64,000 nt of DNA from Candidatus Cloacimonadales bacterium (GCA_963662585.1 OY759729.1:2272001-2336000); one strand, 5' to 3'; counted from the stretch's first letter, positions 31,252 through 42,250 are shown. Notes: a model not told the origin generated them from the sequence alone. A program made the numbers and translations.

Positions 31252-32445
31252 TTACAGTCTCTCTTCTAAATCCGCTAAAGCATTAATAAAGTAGATGTAA
31301 GCTTGATCAGGAGAGTCATAAGGTGAGAAATATTTATGCACATCGCCGTCATTAAAATACTTAGTACACATATAGTAGAAATGGTCAGAAGTAGTAAGTT
31401 TTCTAGCTATTTCGATAAGTTGGGGATCACCTTTAGCTAAAACTCTGTCATAGAGTTCATAGAGTGTTTCAATAGCATTATGTTGCATATCGTTCTCCAG
31501 CCAGGCAGATAGATCTCTCTCTTCGTCAGCCCATGAGACAGCTTGTGGGAAGGCGAGAGGTTCTTGCTGGTAATTGGCTATTTTAGCTGCGTCTTTGGGA
31601 TTAGCAAAACCTAAGTGAGGGTACTTTAATACTTCTTCAGGGAGTTTTTCTAAAAAGTCAAATATCCCTGTTTCTGCCCATTGATGTTCCCCGAAGGTTT
31701 CATAATCCATAAAGAGATTAAGGAATTGATTCTTGTTATTATCGTTCTTCCAAGTAAGTTGGTCAATCCACTTAATAAATTTTTCTGTTGTAAGTGGGTA
31801 TTGAGACCAGTTTTTATCTGAGAATCTAAAAGCAATATCATCAGAAAGCTGGTAAGATTTAAGGAGGAGATTCATGGTTCTGGCATAATTTTTGTAGGCA
31901 TAAAGAGGTGTTCTCCACTTCAAAACTCTTTTAACACCTTCTGTGATAATAGTATCGAACTGGCCAGTTTCATAGACTAAATCAGAAACTCTATCTTGAT
32001 AGATAAGCTCTGTATTTCTGAAAGTTGTAGGCTTTTGTCCAAATTCTTGGACCATTAGATTAGTATGTTTCTCAACTTGGGCTAAGAATTCATCCTTGTT
32101 ATAGAGGAAGGATAGTGAGTGATAATAGGTCTCTCCGAGGAATTCAACACAACCAGTATCAGCTAGTTCTTTAAAAGAATCTAGGACTTCTGGATAATAC
32201 TGTTTGAATTGGTCAATAGTTATACCTGATATAGAATAAGCTATCTTGAATTTACCTTCATATTTCTTAATAAGTTTCAACATTAATTTATTAGTAGGCA
32301 GGTAGCATTTATCGGCTACTTTTCTCATAACTTCGCGGTTAAGTCTTTCGTCAAAATAAGATTCATCAGAGCCAATATCCATTACATTAAGATGTCTCAA
32401 TCTGTATGGTTGATGAACTTGAAAATAGAAAACAACATTAAGCAT
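31252..32445 (-). CDS. Glycoside hydrolase family 57 (alpha-amylase-like)
   Basis: FQVHQP, ETYYHSL, FRNTE, MDYETFGEHQW, SDHFYY. Confidence 0.93.
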   Translation of the reverse strand: MLNVVFYFQVHQPYRLRHLNVMDIGSDESYFDERLNREVMRKVADKCYLPTNKLMLKLIKKYEGKFKIAYSISGITIDQFKQYYPEVLDSFKELADTGCVEFLGETYYHSLSFLYNKDEFLAQVEKHTNLMVQEFGQKPTTFRNTELIYQDRVSDLVYETGQFDTIITEGVKRVLKWRTPLYAYKNYARTMNLLLKSYQLSDDIAFRFSDKNWSQYPLTTEKFIKWIDQLTWKNDNNKNQFLNLFMDYETFGEHQWAETGIFDFLEKLPEEVLKYPHLGFANPKDAAKIANYQQEPLAFPQAVSWADEERDLSAWLENDMQHNAIETLYELYDRVLAKGDPQLIEIARKLTTSDHFYYMCTKYFNDGDVHKYFSPYDSPDQAYIYFINALADLEERL

Positions 32446-33787
32446 CTATTTCTCCTCGGTTAGATTCTAACATCTCTTGGTAAATATCTTTAACTTTTTC
32501 AGCAGATTTATCCCACTGGATTGCTTTAACTTCCCTTGCTCCTAATTCACCTACTCTTTTGCATTCGTCTGGATGCTCTATAAGGTAGATAAGTGTTTCT
32601 GCCATCTCATCAACATTCCAGAAGTCAATTTTATAAGCATGATCAACAACTTCAGAAACACCAGATTGCTTTGAGATAATGGAAGTAATTCCGTAAGCCA
32701 TTGCTTCAAGTGGTGCTATTCCAAATGGTTCTGACACCGAAGGAAGCATGTAAATATCTGATACTTTTAATACTCTCTCTACTTGCTTTCTGTTTAGGAA
32801 ACCAGTAAATAAGAAGCGATTCTTTAATTTCATAGAGGCTGAAGAGCGTAATATCTTTCTTGCCATATCTCCGGTACCAGCCATAATAAAGCGTACTTGA
32901 GGGTATTTCTTAAGCACTTTCTCTGCTACAGAGAGGAAATAGTCAGGACCTTTTTGAACTGTGATTCTTCCTAAGAATAGCACGGTAGTACCTTTAAACA
33001 TTCTCCCCTTCTCGAAAGTATTATCTTTTTCAAATGAAAAGGCATTATGGACAATATTAACTTTACCTGTATCGATTTGATATCGAGAAATAATCATCTG
33101 TGCAGTATATCTAGAAACTGCAATTACTTGATCAGCGTAAAGCATTCCAGAGTATTCAATTTTGTGAATTCTATCATCACCAGGTCCACCTGCTCTATCA
33201 AACTCAGTAGCATGAATATGAGCTATCATTGGTTTTCCAGTCATCTTTTTAACAACCATACCTGCAGGATAGCAGAGCCAATCATTAGCGTGGATAAGGT
33301 CAAAATCTATTAATTCTGAGAGCTTTTCTGCACGGAATGCCATCTCTTGAACTTTTTTAAAGATATCTTCATCACCTTGGAGATTAATGATAATATTATC
33401 AAAAATACTCTTTTCAGAACGATGTTCAAACTCTTCGGTACGGAAAGTAGATATCATTTTAGAGAACTCTTTCACCAAGGCAGGAGTATAGTATGTTTCT
33501 GGAACATGAGTAACTCCTAAATACTCCATTTTCTCTTCGATAGTCTTAAACTCTCTAGTAATAACTTCTTCTTTGCGAGGTTGAAAATTCTCATCTAATA
33601 AGATGAAAGGAAGGGTATCCGCATCTTCTTCTTTCCTTAAAGGGAAATATACAAACTCTTTAGTTGGGAGGAAGAGGTCAACTTCTACACCAGCTTTTAG
33701 TAGTGATTTTACTAAGCCATAAGAAGCCATTGCTAAACCACCGGCGATCATTGGTGGGAATTCCCATGTTAACATTAGGATTCTCAT
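32438..33787 (-). CDS. GT4 glycosyltransferase (glycogen-synthase-like)
   Basis: Real start MRILMLTWEFPP..AGGL; HANDW, HIHATEFDR, SEPFGIAPLEAM. Confidence 0.9.
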   Translation of the reverse strand: MRILMLTWEFPPMIAGGLAMASYGLVKSLLKAGVEVDLFLPTKEFVYFPLRKEEDADTLPFILLDENFQPRKEEVITREFKTIEEKMEYLGVTHVPETYYTPALVKEFSKMISTFRTEEFEHRSEKSIFDNIIINLQGDEDIFKKVQEMAFRAEKLSELIDFDLIHANDWLCYPAGMVVKKMTGKPMIAHIHATEFDRAGGPGDDRIHKIEYSGMLYADQVIAVSRYTAQMIISRYQIDTGKVNIVHNAFSFEKDNTFEKGRMFKGTTVLFLGRITVQKGPDYFLSVAEKVLKKYPQVRFIMAGTGDMARKILRSSASMKLKNRFLFTGFLNRKQVERVLKVSDIYMLPSVSEPFGIAPLEAMAYGITSIISKQSGVSEVVDHAYKIDFWNVDEMAETLIYLIEHPDECKRVGELGAREVKAIQWDKSAEKVKDIYQEMLESNRGEIDA

Positions 33788-33791
33788 AATA

Positions 33792-35831
33792 CTATTCCTT
33801 AGTCCTTTTAAGTTTTTCGATGATTTTCTCAATATCATAGACTGCTGCAACACTCCAAGCTTCTGCTGGGGCTCCTTTAGGGAAGTGGGGTTTTCCACCA
33901 TCCCAGATTGAAGCAATAGAAGCGATATAGCCGTGTTTGTATTCATGTCTAAATTGTTTAATTATGGATTCTAAGCCACTGATAACTTCTTCATTACTAA
34001 TCTTATCTTTAAATAATCTAAGGTAAAGAGAAGCGTAAGGCCAGAGTAACCAAGCCCAAACAGTACCTTGATGATAGGCTTTATCTCTATCTACAATAGT
34101 GCCGTAATAGGTTCTTTTAAATTTATGGTGAGTAGGAGTAAGGGTTCTTAATCCATAGGCAGTTAGTAATTCATTAGTAGCTCTTTCAAACACTAGTTTT
34201 AGTTGTTCTTCAGTTAAAGGAGCGTACTTCAATCCAGCAGCAATTACAGCATTAGGACGGAATTCATCAATTGCTTCATTATTGGTAATTCTATCACAAA
34301 GGCAGTTGTTATACCAGAATTTCTGAAGAGAATTAGCTAATTTCTCAGTGTAAGCTATCACATCATACTTAGCTTGGTATTCCTCTTTATTGGTAGAGAT
34401 TAGGTTGAATTTATTAATCATCTCTTGGTAGGTTTTATGTGCTTCATACCAGAGGAAGTTTATTTCAACAGGAGCTCCGTCGCGTGGGGTTACCGCCTTT
34501 CCGTCAATCTTAACATCCATCCAAGTAACACCAGCATATTCTTCTTTGATATTTATCAAATTATCATCATCAAGGAAGAACATTCTTCTTTCATCATTTA
34601 AATAACTGAGCAAAATAGTTTCGGTAATATTAATGACTTTTTCCCATACTGATTTTGTGTTTCTGATAGAAGCTAATTTTCTCAGAAGAATGATATAATA
34701 AAGACTTGTATCAACAGAATCGAAATTACCTTTACTTCCTGTTTCAGGGAACATATTAGGGATTAATCCCTCTTGAATATGATCATTAAATCTGAAGATT
34801 ATCTTTTCTGCTTTATCAATCATATCTGCTTGTTTAATCATGGCACTTAGGACTAAAACAGAGTCTCTACCCCAAGCTCCGAACCATGGATAACCAGCAA
34901 TAATATCATTATCAGTGATAAAATCTTTTAAACTAAACTCTAATATTTTCATATACTCTTCATGAGAATAGAGGTATTGGTCATTGAAATCTAAATCTAA
35001 AAGGTCAAAATTACGGTAGTTATCAGGAAAATCTCGAGGCATTGGTAAATCTGCATAACGAGCATTGATTCTATCGATAGTCAGTTGATGCTCTTCAATT
35101 GGGGAGTCTGAGAATAGAATAATAGCTTCTTGGTTCTTCTCTAAGTCAAATCTTATATTAAAAGGTGATACTAAATCTTCATTGCAGTCATAGCCTAACA
35201 TTGATTCCCAAGGGTAGAAAACTTTCTTATATTCCATATATTTATCACTTATTTCACCTAAGGTTGAAATGCAATAGAGGGATAGATTATTAGAAAGTCT
35301 TTGAACTACAGCACCGTAAAAATTATTACCTGGGGCAGCAGAAGTTATAAAATCATTTTCATTAAGAGAACCAGGTTTGTTAAGAAAGTGATGACTGACC
35401 ATATCTACTTTTGGTCTTAGCTTCATATGAATTAAATGCTTGCTTAAGTTTTTATAGCTAACTAAGATAGTATTTGTTTCATAATCCATTTTAATCTCTT
35501 TTCTGATTAAAATATCATTATTATGAGGGAGGGATGAATAGAGGAAAACCGGATAAGGTCTTAGCCATGATTTGACTAAGTGCAGGAATCCTTCTGGATA
35601 GATACAATTTTCATAGTTGCAACTATCTAAGTAGATTTTCTCTCCTCTCCATTCAATTCTCTCTTCAATAGAAGTCAATAAAGATGCTCTATTAAGCTTC
35701 TTATCCGAAGCAGTTAATAGGCCATGATACTTTCTTTGGTTTATCAAATTACCTGTTCCTAAGGCATAGCTTCCATACTTATTCGTCAATATCCACTCAT
35801 GGTGTTGAGTTTCAAGAAAATAATCAGACAT
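33792..35831 (-). CDS. Glycogen debranching enzyme (amylo-alpha-1,6-glucosidase, archaeal/Bacteroidetes type)
   Basis: EWILTN..GSYA, RKYHGLL, IAGYPWFGAWGRD, TWMD, YHQGTVWAW. Confidence 0.9.
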   Translation of the reverse strand: MSDYFLETQHHEWILTNKYGSYALGTGNLINQRKYHGLLTASDKKLNRASLLTSIEERIEWRGEKIYLDSCNYENCIYPEGFLHLVKSWLRPYPVFLYSSLPHNNDILIRKEIKMDYETNTILVSYKNLSKHLIHMKLRPKVDMVSHHFLNKPGSLNENDFITSAAPGNNFYGAVVQRLSNNLSLYCISTLGEISDKYMEYKKVFYPWESMLGYDCNEDLVSPFNIRFDLEKNQEAIILFSDSPIEEHQLTIDRINARYADLPMPRDFPDNYRNFDLLDLDFNDQYLYSHEEYMKILEFSLKDFITDNDIIAGYPWFGAWGRDSVLVLSAMIKQADMIDKAEKIIFRFNDHIQEGLIPNMFPETGSKGNFDSVDTSLYYIILLRKLASIRNTKSVWEKVINITETILLSYLNDERRMFFLDDDNLINIKEEYAGVTWMDVKIDGKAVTPRDGAPVEINFLWYEAHKTYQEMINKFNLISTNKEEYQAKYDVIAYTEKLANSLQKFWYNNCLCDRITNNEAIDEFRPNAVIAAGLKYAPLTEEQLKLVFERATNELLTAYGLRTLTPTHHKFKRTYYGTIVDRDKAYHQGTVWAWLLWPYASLYLRLFKDKISNEEVISGLESIIKQFRHEYKHGYIASIASIWDGGKPHFPKGAPAEAWSVAAVYDIEKIIEKLKRTKE

Positions 35832-36042
35832 TTTTTTCTCCTTTCTCAAAATGCTTTATTATTAGTATTGATATTTGATTAATTTAGTCAAGTAATTTAA
35901 GAAAAATTAATAAAATAACATAAATGAAAAAATTTCAGCAATAAAAGCTAATCTTTTAAATTTTTGAATAATACTAAATTAACTGTTCTTGCTGGCTAAA
36001 TTATAAGATAAGAGTAGGACTCAATAATTAAAAGTAAGGAGA

Positions 36043-36213
36043 TTTAACCCAATAATGCAGTAGATCTTTTAGAATAGCACTATATTAATTTTCTAAAGCA
36101 TTTTACATAATTTCTCAGAGTATATATATTATAGGCTGATAAATTCTGTAAAATGCTTTATCTAAAAGAATCTGCACTTTTCTGTAAAGCTCTACTGCAC
36201 CATTCAGGTTTAA
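36043..36213. mobile_element. MITE-like element, family B, copy 2
   Basis: TGCAGTAGATCT / AGCTCTACTGCA terminal inverted repeats; interior matches the reverse complement of 17630-17731. Confidence 0.65.
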
Positions 36214-36306
36214 TTCACATTAATACTATCAAATTTGCAATAATTATTCAAAAAACTTGCCAAGATTAAAAAGAAGTAAATAATTGGTAAAAATTAAATA
36301 AGAGAG

Positions 36307-37953
36307 ATGATTATGTTAAAAATTAATTTTGTTAATTACTTTGAAGAGGCAATTAAGAAGCATTGGGACTTGCCTGCTTTTTCTGATATAGAAGGAGAAG
36401 CAATAGACTATCAGACTGTAGCTAATAAAATTTATTGGTTACATAATATTTTAAAGAGTTTTGGGATTTCCCGGGGTGATAAGGTAGCTGTATTAGGAAA
36501 AAATTCCACAAATTGGGCTATAACTTATCTCTCTGTAGTTACTTATGGAGCTGTGATTGTTCCGATTCTTCCAAACTTCAATTCAGATGATATGAATCAT
36601 ATTATTAAACATTCAGAGAGTAAGCTCCTTTTTGTTGGGAATTCTATTATTGATAATATTGAAGAATCAGAAATTCCTAATTTAATAGGCATTATTCACT
36701 TAGATGATTTTAAACTTATGAATTCAAAGACTGGTGATGATAGTATTGAGAAAATTAAGTCTGCTATGGGAAAAGAATATAAGATCTCTCGAGAAGAATT
36801 CTCACTTCCTAATGATATTTCTAATGATACTTTGGGCGAGATTATCTATACATCAGGAACGACAGGTTTCACAAAAGGGGTGATGCTACCTTTGAATAGT
36901 TTAATTGCTAATATCATCGTAGCTGGAGAAATGCTCTCTTTTAGAACTGGGTCAAGGATGCTTTCATTTTTACCTCTTTCACATGCTTATGCTTGTGCTT
37001 TTGATTTCCTTTATCCCTTCACTTGTGGTGTTCATGTTCATTTCTTAGGTAAAATACCTTCTCCTAAGTTACTTCTGAAATATCTAAAAGATGTATCTCC
37101 TGAAATGATAATGAGCGTCCCTTTGATTTTAGAGAAGATAATTAAGAAGAATATATTCCCTCTTTTAGAGAAGAAGACTATAAAAATCATAACAGCTATT
37201 CCTGGTGTAAAACAAGCTTTTTATAGCAAAGTTAGAAAGCAACTTCTGACTGTATTCGGTGGCTCACTTCGAGAGATGGTTATAGGTGGAGCTCCTCTTA
37301 ATGCAGAAGTAGAGAAGTTTCTTAAGGAGATTAAATTTCCTTTTACTATCGGTTATGGTATGAGTGAGTGTGGTCCCTTAATCTCTTATGCAACTTGGGA
37401 TAAACATCGGTTTAGATCTGCTGGCCAAGCAGTTAATTATCTCCAAGTGAAGATTGATTCTGCTGATCGGGAAAATATCCCTGGCGATATCTTAGTCCGA
37501 GGTGAACAGTTAATGTATGGATACTACAAAAACAATGAAGCAAGCAAAGAAGTTATGACTTCTGATGGTTGGCTTAATACTGGGGATATCGGACTTATAG
37601 ATAAAGACAATTTTATCTATATTAAAGGGCGTTCTAAAAACTTAATTCTCGGAGCTGGTGGAGAAAATATTTATCCGGAAGCAGTGGAACAAAGCTTTAA
37701 CAATTTGCCTTATGTTCAAGAATCACTAGTAATGGAAAGAGATAACAAACTTGTTATTTTAGTTTATCCTGATGTAGAAGAAGCAGATAAAAATGGAATT
37801 ACCGAATCAATGTATCCAAAACTTATGGAGCATAATAAAAATATCTATAACGAAACTGCTCCAGCTTATGCAAAAATACATAAAGTTAATATTGTGCCTG
37901 AACCATTCTTAAAGACTCCAACTCAGAAGATTAAGAGATATTTGTATAAGTAG
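36307..37953 (+). CDS. Long-chain fatty acid-CoA ligase (AMP-binding)
   Basis: IYTSGTTGFTKGV, GYGMSECGP, TGDIG, GRSKNLI. Confidence 0.9.
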   Translation: MIMLKINFVNYFEEAIKKHWDLPAFSDIEGEAIDYQTVANKIYWLHNILKSFGISRGDKVAVLGKNSTNWAITYLSVVTYGAVIVPILPNFNSDDMNHIIKHSESKLLFVGNSIIDNIEESEIPNLIGIIHLDDFKLMNSKTGDDSIEKIKSAMGKEYKISREEFSLPNDISNDTLGEIIYTSGTTGFTKGVMLPLNSLIANIIVAGEMLSFRTGSRMLSFLPLSHAYACAFDFLYPFTCGVHVHFLGKIPSPKLLLKYLKDVSPEMIMSVPLILEKIIKKNIFPLLEKKTIKIITAIPGVKQAFYSKVRKQLLTVFGGSLREMVIGGAPLNAEVEKFLKEIKFPFTIGYGMSECGPLISYATWDKHRFRSAGQAVNYLQVKIDSADRENIPGDILVRGEQLMYGYYKNNEASKEVMTSDGWLNTGDIGLIDKDNFIYIKGRSKNLILGAGGENIYPEAVEQSFNNLPYVQESLVMERDNKLVILVYPDVEEADKNGITESMYPKLMEHNKNIYNETAPAYAKIHKVNIVPEPFLKTPTQKIKRYLYK

Positions 37954-37956
37954 GGG

Positions 37957-38013
37957 GAATTGAGAATTGAGAATGGAGAATGGAGAATTGAGAATAGAGA
38001 ATTGAGAATGGAG
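37957..38013 (+). repeat. Heptamer tandem repeat GAAT(T/G/A)GA, 8 units
   Basis: Seen directly after the stop codon. Confidence 0.85.
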
Positions 38014-38270
38014 ACATTTTCTATCCACTAATTTCACGAATTAAGAAAATATCCCTTGGTTATATTTTCCTGCGTGATTTAAGAAAGATTGAAACACCCC
38101 CTGTGTCCCCCTCGCGGAGGGGGATTTAAGAGATCTGGTCACATTCATAGAATTTTTCTCAAAAAACTCTGTGAAACTCCTCTTAAAACTCATCTTTACT
38201 CCGTGTTAAGTGCTTTTTCTTAATTCGTGTGAAAGGTATTTTGTTTCCCTCCATTCTCAATTTTTCCTCT

Positions 38271-38900
38271 TCAGTCTAAATCTATTATTTTTCCAACCAC
38301 TCTTACTGGCGATGCTTCTGCCTTAATCTTGAGGGGGAGGGCAATTATTTCAATTTCAGAATAGGGGAGAAGCTTCTCTAAATTACAGAGATTCTCTATA
38401 ATAAAGATGTTATTACTTAAAAGTGTTTTGTGAATTGAGTATGGTTGAAAATCAGGAGATGGAGTATCTAATCCAACAAGTTTAACTTGTCGCTGAACTA
38501 AGAAATCTGCTAATTCTTGACTAATAATAGGATGCTCATAGTAGTACTTAGGCTCTTCATAATATTCACTAAATCCAGTATAGAAGAGGATTATGTCGTC
38601 TTTGGTAATAAGTTTATCATAGGAATCATTGTAGTTTATTTGCGACACTTGACTCACATCAAATACTTTTGCTTTTCCTATAAATCTCTCTATAGGGTAG
38701 TCAGACATAAACTTATTATTATTGAAGAAATGCCTAGGAATATCAATATGAGTCCCTGTATGCATACCACTATTGAAACTATAAGCATTATAACCATCGC
38801 TTTCTACAGTTGCTAGCTGTTTGATAGTTGTAGCTTGATCTCCAGGATATACAGGCATCTCATTTTCTATAATTCTACTTAAATCAATAATTTTACTCAT
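38271..38900 (-). CDS. Cyclase / kynurenine formamidase family metal hydrolase
   Basis: IIDLS...MPVYPGD, HTGTHIDIP.H, IIENL, EASPVR. Confidence 0.9.
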   Translation of the reverse strand: MSKIIDLSRIIENEMPVYPGDQATTIKQLATVESDGYNAYSFNSGMHTGTHIDIPRHFFNNNKFMSDYPIERFIGKAKVFDVSQVSQINYNDSYDKLITKDDIILFYTGFSEYYEEPKYYYEHPIISQELADFLVQRQVKLVGLDTPSPDFQPYSIHKTLLSNNIFIIENLCNLEKLLPYSEIEIIALPLKIKAEASPVRVVGKIIDLD

Positions 38901-39072
38901 AATTTTCTCTTTATAATTTGCTAATTTTATTCTAGCATTTTCAGAAATAAATGTCAAGTAAAGAATAAATGTTTATGGAACTCTTTCAAGTAAAGTTGGT
39001 CTTATGAAAAAAAAGTAATAAATGTATTTTTGAAGTATGCTAGGTTCATAACAGATACAGGACTATAAAAAT

Positions 39073-39168
39073 GCACCATTCTAACAGCAGCCTCTGCAGC
39101 TATGAAGATTTTGAAGCTTCTTGATTTACTATTAGATTTAGTTCCCACTTTACTTGAGAGAGAAGCAT
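39073..39168 (-). repeat. Dispersed repeat family A, copy 3 (internal deletion form)
   Basis: Carries both the 5' core and the TAGAATGGTGC end of the 11865-12048 copy. Confidence 0.85.
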
Positions 39169-39231
39169 ATTTATTATTCTTGTAATAAAAAAAGCCGGTT
39201 TTCACCGGCCTTTAAAACTTTCTTAGTCTAA

Positions 39232-39927
39232 TTAAAATGCCCAACCAAATTTTAGGAATTCAATATTGAAAATTTGCTTGTCAGCTGGGATAAATAGGTC
39301 ATTATTACCAAATTCAAAATCTGATAAATTATTACCAAGTAGGTATCTACCAAAGCTTAAACTTGTTCCCCAGTAAAGTCCATTGTAAGAGAAAATTCTG
39401 TATCCTAACCCTACTCCTACTCCTATATCGCTTATACTTTTTTGCTTGTAATAATCATCATCTTGCCAATTTTCGGGGTATATTTCTTCATAGCCATTAA
39501 ATTTAGCAAAACGAGTAAAAGCACTTAGATAAAAACCATTTTGGGTGTTTCTTAAGAAATATCTATAATGGCAATCTAGTGTGAAAATCTCAGTATCATA
39601 CTTATTATCAGGATTGAAGTAATAAACAGGGAAAGCAATCTCAGCTTTACGATTAACATCAAACAAAGAGAAAGTACCACTAAATGAAGAATTCTCAGTT
39701 AATAATAATCTGAAAACATTAACTTCAATACCGTACTTTTTATCTTCTAAAGGACTGTTTTTAGTCTCTTTATACATAATCTGTTGGGTGTCATAAATTT
39801 TATCAATTTTTTTATCCACTTCTTCTAAAGAAACTCCATCTTTTCTTTCAGTAGCTACTTCTTCCCCTATTAGCATAGTTGTTAAACCCAATAACACTAT
39901 TAAACTTATTAACATTAGCTTTTTCAT
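39232..39927 (-). CDS. Putative outer-membrane beta-barrel protein (DUF3575-like)
   Basis: Signal peptide, YRYF...GFYL, GVGVGLGYR, C-terminal FGWAF. Confidence 0.6.
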   Translation of the reverse strand: MKKLMLISLIVLLGLTTMLIGEEVATERKDGVSLEEVDKKIDKIYDTQQIMYKETKNSPLEDKKYGIEVNVFRLLLTENSSFSGTFSLFDVNRKAEIAFPVYYFNPDNKYDTEIFTLDCHYRYFLRNTQNGFYLSAFTRFAKFNGYEEIYPENWQDDDYYKQKSISDIGVGVGLGYRIFSYNGLYWGTSLSFGRYLLGNNLSDFEFGNNDLFIPADKQIFNIEFLKFGWAF

Positions 39928-40270
39928 ATCCTCTCCTTAGTTAATTATAATTTGAAATTAACTAATAGACATCCATTTGTCAAGTAAATTATTAAAATAT
40001 CGGTATTTTATAGGGTGGATTACATATTTACTTAGTTGGATTGCATAAGGATTTGATTTAAGAACTAGTATTGAAAATATATCATAAATTTTGCTTTCCA
40101 AACAAATTTTTATCATGAGTTAAGCAGTGTTAATAAATGAGTAAATTTTAGCTCTTTTTAAGTTTTTTAGCAATAAAAAACATCTTCTGCTAATTTTTTA
40201 TTTGACAGATAATCCCATTTAATTATTTTTTGTACATAAGTAGATTAAATAAGAAAAGGAGATTTATAAA

Positions 40271-42250
40271 ATGGCTAAAAAGATAGATAAAGGAAACTTA
40301 TCCATCCATACAGAAAATATATTCCCGATAATTAAGAAGTGGCTCTATTCTGAGCATGATATTTTCTTTAGAGAGTTAATATCAAATGCAATAGATGCTA
40401 TGAACAAGCGAGTTATAGAAGAATCTGGCATTGATACAAAAGATTTTGCTGTAGAAGTTAAGATAGATAAAAAGAAAAAGACAATTACTTTCAGTGATAC
40501 CGGTATTGGTATGACAGCAGAAGAGATTGGAAAATATATTAATCAAATTGCTTTCTCAGGAGCAGAAGATTTTGTTGAAAAATACAAAGATGTTCAATCT
40601 AATATTATTGGTCATTTCGGTTTAGGTTTTTATTCTTCCTTCATTGTTGCAGAAAAGGTAACTATTGATACTTTATCATACAAAGAAGGTTCAACTGCAG
40701 CTGGCTGGTCATGTGAAGGTTCAACTGAGTATGAAGTATATGATGGCAAGAGAAAAGAAGTTGGAACAACAATCACTATTCATGTTAATGATGAATCAGA
40801 AGAGTTTTTAGAAGAAGATAAAGTACAGGGTATTTTAGAGAAATACTGTAGCTTCATGTCATTCCCAGTTAAATTTAATGATAAAGTAATTAATGAAAAG
40901 CCTGCTTTATGGAACAAGAAACCTAATGAAGCTACCGATGAAGAATATAAAGAATTCTATAAAACAGCTTTCAAACAATATGATGAACCACTTTTCTGGA
41001 TTCACCTTAATGTTGATTATCCTTTCAATTTAAAGGGTATTCTCTACTTCCCTAAATTTAAAAATCAGTTAGATGTTAATAAAGGACAGGTTAAATTATT
41101 CTGTAATAATGTCTTTGTTGCTGATAATTTAAAAGACCTTATTCCTGAATTCTTGCTACTTCTTAAAGGTGGAATTGATATTCCAGATATTCCTCTTAAT
41201 GTTTCTAGAAGTTTCTTACAAAGCGATTCCGAAGTTAAGAAAATCTCTAATTATATTGTTAAGAAAGTTGCAGACCACTTCAAGAGTGCTTTCAAGGAAG
41301 ATAGAGAAAAATATGCTTCATACTGGAAAGATATTTCTGAATTTATCAAATACGGACTTCTCACTAATGAAGACTTCTTCAAAGCTTTAGAAAAACAGAT
41401 AGTTTATAAAACTACAGATGGAAAATGGCTTACTATTGAAGAGTATCTCGAAGCTAATAAAAGTGAAGATAAACCTCAAAAGATCTATTATGCTCCAAGT
41501 GAAAATACCCAAGTATCTTACATAGAAATGCTTAAGCAACAAAATATAGATGTTATTTATGCTGAATCAATGCTTGATTCTCATCTCTTCCAAAAGTTAG
41601 AAATGGCTAATAGTGATATCAGATTTGTCAGAGTTGATTCTGAAATCAATGATGATTTAGTTGAAGAAGATACAGACTCTAAGCTTTCATTACAGATTAA
41701 AGAGATCTTTGATAGAGAAATTAATGGTACAGTAGAAGCATCTTTCGGTAAAGATAGCTATAAAGATTTCTTAAAAGAGAATCCTAATGCTGTTGAATTA
41801 CTTACTCCTTACCTCACAACTGAAGATGAAAGTACAAAGATAAATGTCTATGATCTTCCTTTAGAAATCAGAGAAAAACTTGGTGATAAAGCAATGAAAA
41901 CAATCTTTGAACATGTTTATACCGAAGTTCAGGTAGAAACCAAAAAGCTCAAAGCTGAATCAATCCCTGCTATGATAGTTTTTGATGAATTCATGCGTCG
42001 TTTCCAAGAAATGAATGCTATGATGGCTCGTGAAGATATGGATATGCTTAAAAATCATAAGTTAATTCTTAATACTCAAAATCCTACTATCAAGAAAATT
42101 GTAGAGATGAAAGAGAAAGGTGAAGATGAAAAAGCTAAGACAATGGTGAACTTCGTTCATGAGTTGGCTCTTTTAGAACAGAAACCATTCTCAGGCGAAG
42201 AGTTAAAGAAATTCATCGCTGATGCTAACAAGGTAATACAGTTAGTTTAA
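40271..42250 (+). CDS. htpG: Molecular chaperone HtpG (Hsp90)
   Basis: FFRELISNAIDA, DTGIGMT, IGHFGLGFYS, IPLNVSRSFLQ. Confidence 0.97.
   Translation: MAKKIDKGNLSIHTENIFPIIKKWLYSEHDIFFRELISNAIDAMNKRVIEESGIDTKDFAVEVKIDKKKKTITFSDTGIGMTAEEIGKYINQIAFSGAEDFVEKYKDVQSNIIGHFGLGFYSSFIVAEKVTIDTLSYKEGSTAAGWSCEGSTEYEVYDGKRKEVGTTITIHVNDESEEFLEEDKVQGILEKYCSFMSFPVKFNDKVINEKPALWNKKPNEATDEEYKEFYKTAFKQYDEPLFWIHLNVDYPFNLKGILYFPKFKNQLDVNKGQVKLFCNNVFVADNLKDLIPEFLLLLKGGIDIPDIPLNVSRSFLQSDSEVKKISNYIVKKVADHFKSAFKEDREKYASYWKDISEFIKYGLLTNEDFFKALEKQIVYKTTDGKWLTIEEYLEANKSEDKPQKIYYAPSENTQVSYIEMLKQQNIDVIYAESMLDSHLFQKLEMANSDIRFVRVDSEINDDLVEEDTDSKLSLQIKEIFDREINGTVEASFGKDSYKDFLKENPNAVELLTPYLTTEDESTKINVYDLPLEIREKLGDKAMKTIFEHVYTEVQVETKKLKAESIPAMIVFDEFMRRFQEMNAMMAREDMDMLKNHKLILNTQNPTIKKIVEMKEKGEDEKAKTMVNFVHELALLEQKPFSGEELKKFIADANKVIQLV

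Noticed and set aside
33788..33946. N-terminal extension of the GT4 gene overlapping the debranching gene
   Set aside because: The family N-terminus MRILMLTWEFPP starts at 33787.
39002..39205. ORFs 39002-39205 and 44123-44398 sharing GTKSNSKSR
   Set aside because: The shared peptide is just a translation of repeat family A.
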